Assembly (NCBI GenBank): GCA_965644265.1 | Contig: OZ286474.1 | Span: 15,810,001 to 15,874,000, forward strand | Length of the DNA stretch: 64,000 nucleotides | Origin: Glycera tridactyla | Taxonomy: Eukaryota | Direction: 5' to 3' | Shown here: positions 11,701 through 24,400 of the stretch, one piece after another | Position numbering within the stretch: the stretch's first letter is position 1 | How the letters are laid out: every line of letters begins with the position of its first letter | Notes under the pieces: model-generated | Told to the model about the DNA's origin: nothing | What the model saw: only the letters and a program-made list of their open reading frames with translations | The model's database searches: none | Made by a program: the position numbers and the translations under genes

Positions 11701-14700
11701 TTTGACATTTATTTTTTTCAGGAGCTGAAGAGAGAGAAGGAAGAACTGAACTCCAAGATTATCACACTTGAAGCTGAGAAGGCCAAACTGCTGAAGAAGT
11801 TGGAGAAGACGGCGCGTGATATTGAGCAGCTCAAACACGACCATGACGTCAATATTCGAGCTTTGAACTTGGAACATGAAGGTGAGAGTTTATGGTAGTA
11901 GAATCTGATGGTGTGGTTATTGTTATAATTTAGTTACATTATCATCACGGACCCCACATATCGCAGAGATGCCAACTGCTACTATTTTTTCGAGTAGCGA
12001 CTTCTCTTCTTAGGTCTGAATTCTTGCATTTCACATGTGATGCTACTCAACAAAATCAAAATTTTTTCTTATCATTTCATTGCAATTACTGGTAATGCCA
12101 TTCTTTAAAATTGGCCCTGATACTATTTTTGTCCATCAGAGGTTGGCTTCCCTGTGTCAGTTGGTTCCCCCAAAAAATTATGAATCAGTAAAAAGTTAGT
12201 GGATTTCGTTCATGGTCAGAAATCAGTAACCTATTTTGTGGACTTTTGTGAAGGAATGCCCCCTATTCTGAAATTACAGTACTGGGTGCATTTGCCGTGA
12301 TAGTCAGTAAAAAGTTGAGGAATAACCAGACCAGCCATACCAGTTGCTATGGCAGTAATCCCGATTCAGGATGAAATTAGAATGATGACTGTTTATTCCC
12401 ACAATTGCGAAAGTATCATTACATTTGGCATCTGAAGAAAGTATTCCTGATGTCTTGTGATGAGACTGCATTCACTGGCTGAGACTGATTAAGGGAAGAC
12501 TGGGTCTCCCACTCCCTGGAACTATTGGCAGCCTGATCATATTTGCTTTGGCTGAACAGAAAGTTAGCACTATATCTGTGAAATCAAGAATGTCTTGTGT
12601 TGAAGATTGCAATGTCCTTTTCCATTAGGAGATAGCCGTCTTTATGGTTGTGATTTCATCCTGTTTCAAGGTGAGATAAAGCGACTGATCAGTGAATACG
12701 ATGGACAGCGGGAAGACATGGAAAGCGAACATAAGTCGATGATGAAGCAACTCATCAAGGAGTATAACCTCAAAATCGCCGAGAAAGAGCGTGACTTCCA
12801 AGAAACGTTCAGTAATGCCATCGGTAAGTCAGAGTGTGATTCGCTAATGGCTATTCCATCCAAGGAGGGTAGAGTGGAAGAAAGTCCGACGCATGAATCC
12901 GGAATAATCTAGCACAAATATACCCACAAATTCAGGATTTTACAGGGACTGCCCCACCCCCAAATTCTGAATATACACATGTTTTTTCTCCCAGATTCTC
13001 ATTACCACCAGTATTCAAAATAGTATTTGGTTGGCACCCCAGGATTACATCCAGGGGAGGGCATTATGGCATTTCACACTCTGTCTGGTGTGAGCCCTTT
13101 TCCAAGGGAGTTAAGGGCCACAATGCCCCCTAAATCAACAAAGAGACTGCACTCTTTCATACTAAGTGAACACATTTTGTGAAATATTGTGGAGAATTGC
13201 CCCTTTTCCCAAATATGAGGGTGCTAATGCCCCCAATTTGGGAGATCCTGGATGCATCCCTGCATCCAGAGGAGGGCATTAGATCATTTCACACACTTTG
13301 TCTTGTGTGGGCCTTTTTCAAAGGGAGTTAGAGGCCATAATGCTCCCTGAATCAGCAAGATGGTTGCACTTATTCCATGCTGAGTTTCCTATTTTAAGAG
13401 ATTTCTCGGAGAAATGCCCCTTTTCTAAAATTTTAGGGGGGCAAATGCCCCAAATTCAGGAGATCCTGGATGCAACCCTGGCACCCAAAACTGGGGTAGC
13501 AATATCCTCTGCTTCATTGCTCAATTTTAGCAGTTTAATACCAGGAATTTCAAATGCAGGGTGCAGAATTGCATCCAGAGGGGGAAATATGAAATGTTGA
13601 GGTTTTAGGTCCACTTTCTGCACTTGAGTAGGCTAAATCAGACCACCTGCCAAGGAGGAGCGAAGATGAAGGGACATGGGGGCATTTCACACATCATCTT
13701 GAGCATTGGCCATTTTCAAAGTAACCAGGGGCCACGATACCCCCTAAATCAGCTAGAAGGTTGCACTTACTCCTCACTGAGTGAACCCATTTTGAAAGAT
13801 TTTGTGAGGAAATGCCCCCTTCTCACAAACATTAGGGGCCAAATGCCCCCAGTTATGGAAATCCCGGATGCATCCCTGAGGGTGTCAATATCATCACCCT
13901 CATCTCCTTAATCATATCTAGGATGCACAATGATTCACGGGATGTCAGAGCCACTGGTCTGCCATGGGGTGGAACAGACTTGAAGAATCTATACTAGAGC
14001 CCAGTCGAGGCTGTACCTTAGACCTACGAGTGTTGCCGTGTTGGTGTCATTGGGCAGTTCACTGTTACTAACCGAGAAAATTTCACTTGTAATTTGCATG
14101 GCCAGGCTGGAATTCAGAGTCATACTGTCTTTTGACAACCCCTTGTACATGAATAGGGAATTGTTCAATTCATCAATGATTAACTTGTGTCCATGTTTTT
14201 GATGATGCAGATAAATCTCAGCGAGAGGACAATATGATGAATCTTGAGCATCGTCAAGAGATTGAGGAGCTGCAGAAGGATCTTTACGAGAAGGATCAGG
14301 CGATCGAGAACATGATGGAGGACTACGAGATCCAGTTGCAGGTATGCTCGGTTGCCAGACTCCCTCTATAGCTCAGCGTTTTAGCTATAGCTAATGATTT
14401 GAGTCTAATGATAAAGAAAAAATCAATTTGCTAAAATAATTCACCAAAGTAATTTTCAAACTTGATTGCAGAAAGGTGGTGATGGCACTTCATTTTCCAT
14501 TTTGGTCAACTGATTCTAAGATAACGATTCCTGAATTGCTGAAATTATTTCCCTTTTGCTCAAATCATTCGCTAAAAGGTTTTTGCTTCCCAGAGGGAAC
14601 TAGATTCTCATCCAGAGAGGGGTATTGGGGCATTTCACTTCATTTAGTTGAGTGTGGGCCTCTGCAATTCCCCCTAACTCACCAAAAAGGGTTGCACTTA

Positions 14701-17700
14701 CTCCATATTGGCTGAACCAATTTTGAAAGATTTTCTAAGAGGAATGCCTCCTTTTTATGAGATCTGCAGATTCAGCTTGCACCCACAGCAAATCACCACA
14801 ATGAATACATGAAATTGGTCTTAGAAATTAATTTTCTTCTCCTTATAGAATTTGATGAAGTTCAAAAATTATGATGGTGTACAGGGCTTGCAAGGCCTTG
14901 AAAATGGCCTTGAAGAAGTCTTGAATTTGGTTACGAGGGAGTCTCAATGTTGGAGATGACAATTGCATATGTTCTTAGTATGATTCCAGTGACTACACAA
15001 ATTATTGGGAGTATTCCAAATCTGTGCCGACAAGAGAAGATGGAGAATGGTTTTGATATACCTGGTGAGATTTTCAGAATTTGCTTCTTTTAATAGGTGA
15101 AGGATGAGGAGCACAAAGCCGAGGTGCGTCAGCTGCAGGAGAAAATCGAGGGTTTGAAGGTCAAGATCGAGGAGCAGGAAGCGGCAATCGCTGAAGAACG
15201 GGAAACGATGGAAGCGCAAATACGAGCTGAGGTCAGTTACTTGCATTGTTGTTATTCTAGCGAGAAGATATTTATATTGCCACTCAGTCAAAGCTTTGCC
15301 CTGGCTGGTTCAGGAGTCATTCTTCACTTTTCCCACCTACTCACATCGATGTTTTTCAACAGTTGTTTTATTTTTGGCAGATGAAGTGAGATTTCAACTT
15401 GCCCCCTAAATATCCTCTCCCTCTCACTTTCTCAAAATATTTATCCAACGCAGACCTTAGCATGACCTTGTGCAAAAGTGCTTTCACCAAAGAGAATGTG
15501 TTTATTTGATAAACTAACACAGTTCAAAAAGGATATTTTTCTTTCTTGTTGATCCACAAATTGATGTGTCATAAAAAGTAGAGTTAGTGAGAGTCATGCG
15601 CCCCCACTTTAAGTTTTTACTCTCTTAGGCACTGCCCTCGAATAAACTTCTGTTACAGTAACTGGTGAAAGAATGCATACAGCATTCCGGAAACTTTCAC
15701 ATCACAGAACCATGAGTGCAATGAGACACTTACGTCCTCGACAAAATTCCACCTTTCATGTGACTGTGTGTCCTGGTGACATTTCTACCAAGGTTTTATC
15801 ACAAATCTTCAAAGTAATCATAGGTAAAGTTTTGATGTGCTCAGAAAATGGAGCACATCAAAAACCATATATTGCCGTATATATAGCCATACACAACGTT
15901 TATCGATATGTGCCTGTATTTTGGGCATTTTGAGAGTGATTGGGAGTCATCAAAACCCATCAATGTGTTGCCTTTATCAGGCTTCATGCAGTCAAAGTCA
16001 GTTCCAAATAGACGCATATGACACTTGACCATGCCTTCGCCCACTGTGCATATAATTGGCAATGTACGGTAGTCTATCGTTAGCAGTGTACAAGTGACAA
16101 ATTGATCTGCTAACTGCAGCGCCCTCTCTCCTAGAAATGGAGTAGCTTTTATCTGTACGGACTTTGCTCCAACTATTCAGTAGATGTGCCTAGAGGACAG
16201 GGACACAACCCAGAAATAATCCTAAGAGCACTTCTCAGTAGTATCTATTCAGAGAAATATCCAGTAGTATCCGTGCAAAGTTATAAACATCCTTACCACC
16301 AGAATAAATAAAGATTTTGTCATTCTGTCACATCAGATTGTACGTCATCAGAATTTGCTGGCATTAGTAAAAACATGCCGCAGTTTTGATACTGCTTTGC
16401 ATAATTAAGGTAATGCTTTAGTCATTAGTATGAATCTATATAGGCCTGCTTCATCCTAGGTGTCTTGAATAATCGCTATCCTAGTTTTTCTAGCTCCATA
16501 GAGTTATTAATAACAGTGTGATGTTGTTAGCCATGCATACCTGCTCATGATTTTTAACATAAATCCGTGTTCAAGCACAAATGATATGTCAGATCTTGTG
16601 TTAAAATACTGTCATTGTGTATATGTGAAACTATAGGGAGCAGATGCCTCCAATTCAGGGAATCCTCGGTGCAGCCCTATATATTTGAGGTATATTCCAG
16701 GGATGTTCGGAGTCTTTGGGGGGGGGGGGGGGGGGGGGCTGTAGGACATACACAAAGATGCTCAGACATCAGAGTATTATCTCCACCTTTGTTTCTGATT
16801 TGTGTACTATTTCACAGTTAAAGCGTCAGTTTGGATCAAAGGAGCGACTTCATGCCGAAGAGCTAGATGCTCTGACCCGAGAATGGCAGTTTGAGCGTCA
16901 GGTATCTAAGATCTCGATGGCGTGACCTGTTATGTCCACGTGTCAACTGTGTCTGCTCCACACCTTTTCGTCTTTGTTTTGTCTGTGAATATATGTACCG
17001 CTAGCTAGCTTTCTGTGGAGGCCACACGCATTCACACTTTTTTCATTCATTTCATGTCAGCGACAACAGGTCCATGAAATGTGTCAAATGCCCAAGCCCA
17101 GTTATTGGGTTTCATACGGGGTTTGAACCCGAGACCTCTGAGTGAGACACCCATTGCCAGCAACACACTGCCAGTGCTCCTTACCTGCTACCCCACCAAG
17201 GCACCCCACAAAAAGGGGAACTCAGTGAGCAGCTGTGAGGCTAGCACTGACAATGCATCTCCCCTCNNNNNNNNNNNNNNNNNNNNNNNNNNNNNNNNNN
17301 NNNNNNNNNNNNNNNNNNNNNNNNNNNNNNNNNNNNNNNNNNNNNNNNNNNNNNNNNNNNNNNNNNNNNNNNNNNNNNNNNNNNNNNNNNNNNNNNNNNN
17401 NNNNNNNNNNNNNNNNNNNNNNNNNNGCCAGTTAATCCATCTATTTGAATCATGGATTTGGTATTTCAGTCATAGATATTGTGGTATATTGTATAGTCCA
17501 TCACAAATTCCATGTCAGTACTTGTAAACATTTGTATCGTTACCATTTCTGTCAGCTGAATCTTATAGGGCATATCCACCATATAAGTATCTGTCAGACT
17601 GCGGTAATTAAGCCAATTGGAATTAAGACACCACACCTTTCAGGCATACATTCATAGCATAATTATTGGTACAGATATGAAGCAGGCATGTAATTGCCTA

Positions 17701-18399
17701 GCCATGAAAATAATCGCTCACCTGAGTGAAATCATTTCAATACAGCTCATAAATTGAGCATGAAGCATGACATGTCTGCAGTACTAGAATTTCACTAGTT
17801 GCTGAAGGTATTTGTACCCAAACCAATCGATCAATCAATCAGATTTTAGAAGTCAGGAGAAGCGGGATATTGCCTGTTTTCAGTCAGTGTCGCTTTCTGT
17901 TTCCTTCCATGTTAGCTTTTTGCACTGGGAAGCGAGTTGTGGAGCAGATACGACGTTGATTGTGTCACAATGTCTCTAGATGACTAGAATGTTTTTGAGC
18001 ATGGCTTGGATCGTTTTGTAACTCACTTTCCCGTTCGGATCATCCGTTGTTGTCAAGTACCAGTTTCCATGGTGACAGTTTTTGTCAGAAAAATGCGTCA
18101 CTGGATTTTGTACGAGCATTTGTCTGTTTAGGCACTTGGTGAACGTTGGGGAGAATATTGTGGTTTGGGGGGGTTCTGTCTGTGGTTGCAGCTTGATTGA
18201 TTGTCAGTCGAGAGTTTATAAAATGCTGCGGTGTTGTCATGGCAACAACTGAATGCTGTTACCCGGCATCTGCGCTTTGCTGCAGTGTGCACATTGCATT
18301 CGATGTAGAAGCATGCATGCACATTCCATTCTGGTAAACGTACATGCATACACTTCAGAATGTGTACATGTCAGAGGGTATATACACGCATGCATGCAT

Positions 18400-18463
<64 letters not shown>

Positions 18464-21400
18464 ATTTTAATCAATCATTGAATATACAGTCTAACCTGCT
18501 CTAACGACCACCTCTCTATAGCGACCACCTCGCTTTAACGACCACCCCTGACCGCGACCGACGTATTTTTCACTATAATTGACCTCTGTATAGCGACCAC
18601 CTCCCAACTCCGACCAGCGACCGCCATTTTTGGTTGAGGAACCTTCCTATAACGACCGCCCAGCCGCACTCGAGACCGTGAAATCTGCTCAGATTCCGCT
18701 TGCTCGTCTCTCAGATGAGCTCACTTCCCCCGCCTACAAGCTAGCAGCGGCCGGTCTCCCTCCTCCAGCGACCGCCCGATCAAACTCGACACCGTAAAAT
18801 CTGCTCAGATTCCGCTTGCTCGCCTCTCAGATGAGCTCACTTCCCCCGCCTACAAGCTAGCAGCGGCCGGTCTCCCTCCTCCAGTGACCGCCCGATTAAA
18901 CTCAACACTGTAAAATCTGCTCAGATTCCGCTTGCTCGCCTCTCAGATGAACTCACTTCCCCCGCCTACAAGCTAGCAGCGGCCGCTGTTGACATCTCGC
19001 GACGAGAGCCCCATGAAAGCAGGTCGCTGATTGGTCGATTTCGCCGTGATCTCGGCGATTTGGCCAATCAGGGATCGTGACAGATATCTGTGTCGGTTCT
19101 TTATCACCTCCAGCGTTAGCACTGGGTCTTTCGAAAGTGACGAAACTCGCAGGCGAATTTGACAAATGAACTTCGTTTTCGCGACTTTTAGATGCGATCC
19201 AACAGAAATTTTGGTTGTATTACAGGTGAACCTCTCTATAGCGGCCACCTCTCTGTAACGATCACTCCGGCAGTCGACCGAGGGTGGTCGTTATAGAGAG
19301 GTTCGACTGTAGTAGATCATGGGCCCTCACTTTCTTCAGAAATATCAGCGTAGCACCAAACACCTGATGTACGGTAATAGCTCATATAATTGCTGGGAAA
19401 TTTCGGAATTCATTGGTAAAAATATATGGATGTGCCCCAAAATGTCGTACTCCATATTAACAAATGCCCTGGAGGTCAATGGTGACCGCACAAATTTGAC
19501 TCATCAGAAATGGTAGAGCTAGTGTTTTCTGACAATTTGGCTCATCATTTTATAGAGCCTGAATAGAGTGGATTTTATCTAAAATTTGATCACCAGAATT
19601 TGATCCCAAGAGAAAAATGTTGAATGAATCTTGCGTCGAGTCACTCTGACCATTAATCACGAATTCGATTTTCATTGCTTGGGCTGATAGATGGTGTGTA
19701 CTTTTTTTTTCTTTTTTTTTACACTCTTTTTGAAGATGACTCCCCTTGATTGTTATGGGTCACTGAGGGCCTGCTTTCACTGTAGGTATCCATCTCTTGA
19801 TGTGTCGAAGCAACTTGAAGGGGTTCCCCTTGACGTTCACGAAATACAATCCAGTTCCATATGTCAACCTTTTGTCACTGTGCCATTCATTGCCTTGGTG
19901 TTAAGATACGTGTCTGCGATTGTGCGAATGTTATATATTTTGCAATTGGGCTTTTTTGTCTCTCGATGCAGTTGAATACGCCGCACGGCTTGCCGTCCGA
20001 TGCTTCCAGCCAATCAGCACAGGTAGATAGTTTCATCATCACAAGCACCGTTTTCCAAATGGAAGTTAAGTCCCCCATCAGTAGGTGATGAGGGTGACGT
20101 GCCCCTGCTCTTGAGCTATAAGCTTCACGCTTTCTGATCACTGTTGTGCCATGATGCTAGAAAGATTCCTTGTTGGCTCTTAAGGTTCACCACTATGCTC
20201 TAGTGCAAGAAAATTGGAGGTCTTTTATAAAACTATCACCACCATGCTTCGGAACTCTGCATCAACTTTTTTCTTCGGCTCTCCTCCATACTGCTGATTT
20301 GGGAATTTCACCAGCCCTCACTGACATTTACGTGTGCCATCTTGCATACAGTGAAACCTGTGACAAGTCACCAAAACGTGGTCCCTCAAAAAAGGTGGTC
20401 TCTCATCGGAGGTATATTTGAACATTCCTCATCAAAGTGTTCTCCCGTTAGAGGTGGCCTCTTGTCTTGGGATCTCCTGTCACAGGTTTCACTGTATTAT
20501 CATAGCATGGTTTGCATGGCCTCAAAAAATCTTTGAAAATTGGCCTGAGTCTTTAAAAAGTCTTTAAATCTGATCACTGCCTTGAAGGATGCAGAAATTG
20601 ACAAAAAAAGTTTTTTTAAATTGCTGAAAGTCCTTGAATATCCAAGGAAAGTCTTTGAATTCCGGGTGCGACAGTCATTAATCCTTCAAATTCCGCCAAC
20701 AATTGTCACTGAAAGTTCGAGTTTTTCGGTGACATGCTAGCATGAGGCAGGTACCACCAAACAATCAGCGGGTTTTTGGAACTTTTGGGACTGGTTTTGC
20801 ATCAAAAAGTCAGCAGCAATGAAGAAAACTAGTGGGAGACAAGCACCCTGAAACATAAACGGTGGTTTAGTGAACCATCAGAATTGGATTTTTGAGGCGA
20901 GTCCTTGAGAAATGGTCCTTGGCCTCAAAAAGTCTTTAAATTCAATTCCAAAATGTCTGGATGAACCATGCATAGACCATACAATGGTAATAATGCTGCC
21001 CATTTGGTATGCAGACTCATGAACAACAAATCTGCCTGTTTGTGCCAGTTGGGCAAGTCTCAGCTTTAGAGCCCTGTGCTCCGGTGTGAGAAAATTGGAG
21101 ATCTCTATTAGCTTTTGATACAGTAAAACCTGTCTTGAGTGAAAAGTCACGGGACCAAATTTTTCTTTCACTTAAGACAGGATTTTGCTTAGCGCAGGAC
21201 AATTATAGTGAGAAAAAAACATCCGGTCAGACCGTGGGGTATGTGCTTAAGGCAGGATTTTGCCTAGCGCAGGTTTACACTCAAGCAGGTTTCACTGTAT
21301 ACCGTATATTGTCGTATATACCCAAATAGACGCGCATCCCCTTCTTATACTCATCAAGCATACCAGCTTGACCATTGAACATGTGTCAATACTGTAAAAA

Positions 21401-24400
21401 CGAAAGGATGCCATCATTATTCATCGATTTGGCGAGTGTTTTAATCTCGTTTGTGGCAAAATTGTGATCAAGTTTTCCCTTAGATTCAGTTTCGAATAGA
21501 CGCGCACAACACTTAACTGCACCTTCGCCCAATGCCCGTATATTCGGCAATATACGGTAACATGATTTTGCTCTGGCACCAAAAAAAGTAGGAGCTTCTC
21601 TATCGGCAACTAACCATTTGTTGCACTCAGGGCTGGTAATGTGTCCCACTGCACAACTTGCTCTTGATGTATTGTACATGTACTGACAGCACCACAATGA
21701 GCAACATGCTTGTGAGCCTTTTGTGCAGATATAACTTCACTAGACAGCAAGGACGGGGAAACCACAAAGGGCAAATTATTTTGACTCTATGTACAGTAAA
21801 ACCTGTCTTGGGAGACCGGCCCAAACGCCAACAAAAAGTGGTCTCTCAAAAGAGGTGGTCTCTCATTGGAGGTATATTTGACTATGTCAAATGGAGAAAG
21901 CCGATAAAGAGCGGTCTCCCATTAGAGGGCGGTCTCCCAAAAGAGGGGTCTCCCAAGACAGGTTTCACTGTATTATATATGTTTCATTATTTAACTCAAA
22001 AAGTTGAAAGAAAATGAATATAATCAACTAAGAATTACAGCATTAAGAATCTGGATTTATATGTCAAAATGACTCAATTCACTCATGTACAGTATAGCAA
22101 AATGTTAATGTGAGCAAGATCGTGCCTCCCGGTCATCTAACTGTTCTCAGAATCAGGGATAATTTTGCGCTGTGCCTTTTGGCAAATGGCACATAAAGTT
22201 GTGAAAGTGCACATTAAACCATATATCTCGTGCCCAGAAGGCACATGGAATTTTTGATACTTTGATATGATTACATGGTTTGAGCCACACACAAATCCGA
22301 AATGGCACATGAAATCTGCATTAATGTGCCCGAAAGACCCGTACATATTCCCGAGCAAGGAAATCCCTGCAGGATGATATGCTCTGAGGAAGTCGTTGCC
22401 TATTTTGGCACTTGTTTTTTCTAGAGAGAAAAAATGAAATTTAGTTATTGAGATTGAGAATTGTTTATTTCAGAACACGGACATGCATCGGTATACACAG
22501 ATTTCTTTCATGTCCGTGAATCAACATGCTGATTCAACAGACCAATTAATCGATATAACAAATAAGCAATCGATGAAATTTGCAGATGATATTGTAATTG
22601 CGATTGAGTACTGCTGATACGCCTGCTTGACAAAAATTCATCACATCAAAAATACACTGTGGTCTCAAACCCCTATGAATGTTTTGGCAGTGCCAACTAT
22701 AATTGCTTGATATCAAAGCTCATCTAAGATGAGATAATTATGAGTTCTGTCATATTGAAAGAGAAAGGCAATAAAATTGATTCCAACGAGATGACATTGA
22801 TTAGCGGAATCGAATCCCAATTTGATTGATAAATCGATCACTGAGTAAATCGTTGTAACTCTTACTGATACGTGTTATATGCACTGGGTCTACTTGCACG
22901 ATACAATGAAACCCATCACAATTGACCATCCTACTTGTCACAATTGAACACATTGACTGAGTATTCTCCTAATCTAATGCTTTTCCTCGTGTCAAGTGCT
23001 GCGCTTCGCAAAAACAAAGCATTGCTATCAGGCTTGAGTGTTAGCTTCCAGCCAGTTACATACAGTCAAACCTGTATTCAGCAACCACCCTTGGGACAGT
23101 GAAAAGTGGTTGCTTAAGACAGGTGTTTGTCTAATACAGGTTAATGATAGTGAGAAATACTCTAGAAGGATTTTCAAAAGTGGTTGCTTAAGGCAGGTGG
23201 TTGCTTAATACAGGTGCCCTTTATAGCGGGTTCACCTGTAGTTAGATATGCCATCATTAGATTCAGTTTGTTCATGAAGAGTAGGTAGAGGTGTGACTGA
23301 GCTGTCAGCTACTTCCACATGACAACCTTTCAGGTTCCCCATCATCTTGTGTTCAGGGTTTGTGAGAGAGATGTCTGCAGGGGAGAGAACATCTAGCTTT
23401 CATTGACCAGAAACACATGGCATACATAACCCCAGGGTTGATACATGCCTTTAAACCTCAAACAAACAAAACTTACTTGTCACAGAAAAGTGGTTGTGAC
23501 AGGTTTCACAATATTGCAGAGTTTTGCACAAAGCACATCTTGGTCTCTTCTCATGATCTTTTTTTTCTCTCCTCATGATCTTTGAACTCCACCTAGTTAC
23601 ATAGTTATTTCATCTGAAGGTTCAGTTATGTATTTAGGTAGGTAGAGGTGTGTCTGAACTGACAGCTACTTACACTTGACAACCTTTCCTGGAACTCTGT
23701 GATCTTTCATGTTCGAACTTGGTTGTTAAAGTTATGATCAATTAATTGAACTCGGCAGCGAGTGATTATTGATCATAAAATCGGAGTTCAGACTCACCTG
23801 GCTGATCTTGCGTTCAGTGTGTGTGAGAGAGACGCCTGCAGGGGACGGTAGCCTGAAGTCAGCGAAATACAGGTGTCTGTCGGACCCGTGATTAGAGCCA
23901 TAGGAATAATTTCGTCTCAAGTACACTTGGATGAATGGGACATTCGAGAATTTGATGGGAGATTCTCCTAAAATCTCCCTCCAGGAATATCCCTGAGTGA
24001 CATTCATGGCTGAACTCCCATAGTTTACAATCCAGCCACTGGAGGCGCTACTAAATCTCTGGTCACCATTGTTATGTTTGTTAAGATAATGTGTTGTACT
24101 CTGCGATTGGTCACTTGTAACTGATAAGCTGCACATACAATAGACTGTAGCTCACATACACCATCCTATACCTGTCAGGGCTCTACGTTGCTACCTGTGA
24201 GTAGCCAATTGCTACCAAATTTACCCTCTGGCTACCATATTTTAAAAGTTAGGAGCCAACCGCCCCTAACATTTTGTGAGGTTGTAATTGGCAATGCATT
24301 GATTGGCTACCGAAATTTTGCACTTGCTACCAAATGATTCAATTCAGGAGCCAGCCGGCTCCTAAATATTTTGGCCAACTCAGAGCCCTGCTTGTCAGTA

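Noticed and set aside
15190-15210. CTGAAGA-acgg-GAAAC hammerhead-like string
   Set aside because: Only 4 nt for helix II and it lies in a coding exon (AEERET); likewise ttgatgagtccgaaac at about 59252 is a retroposon variant with no helix II.
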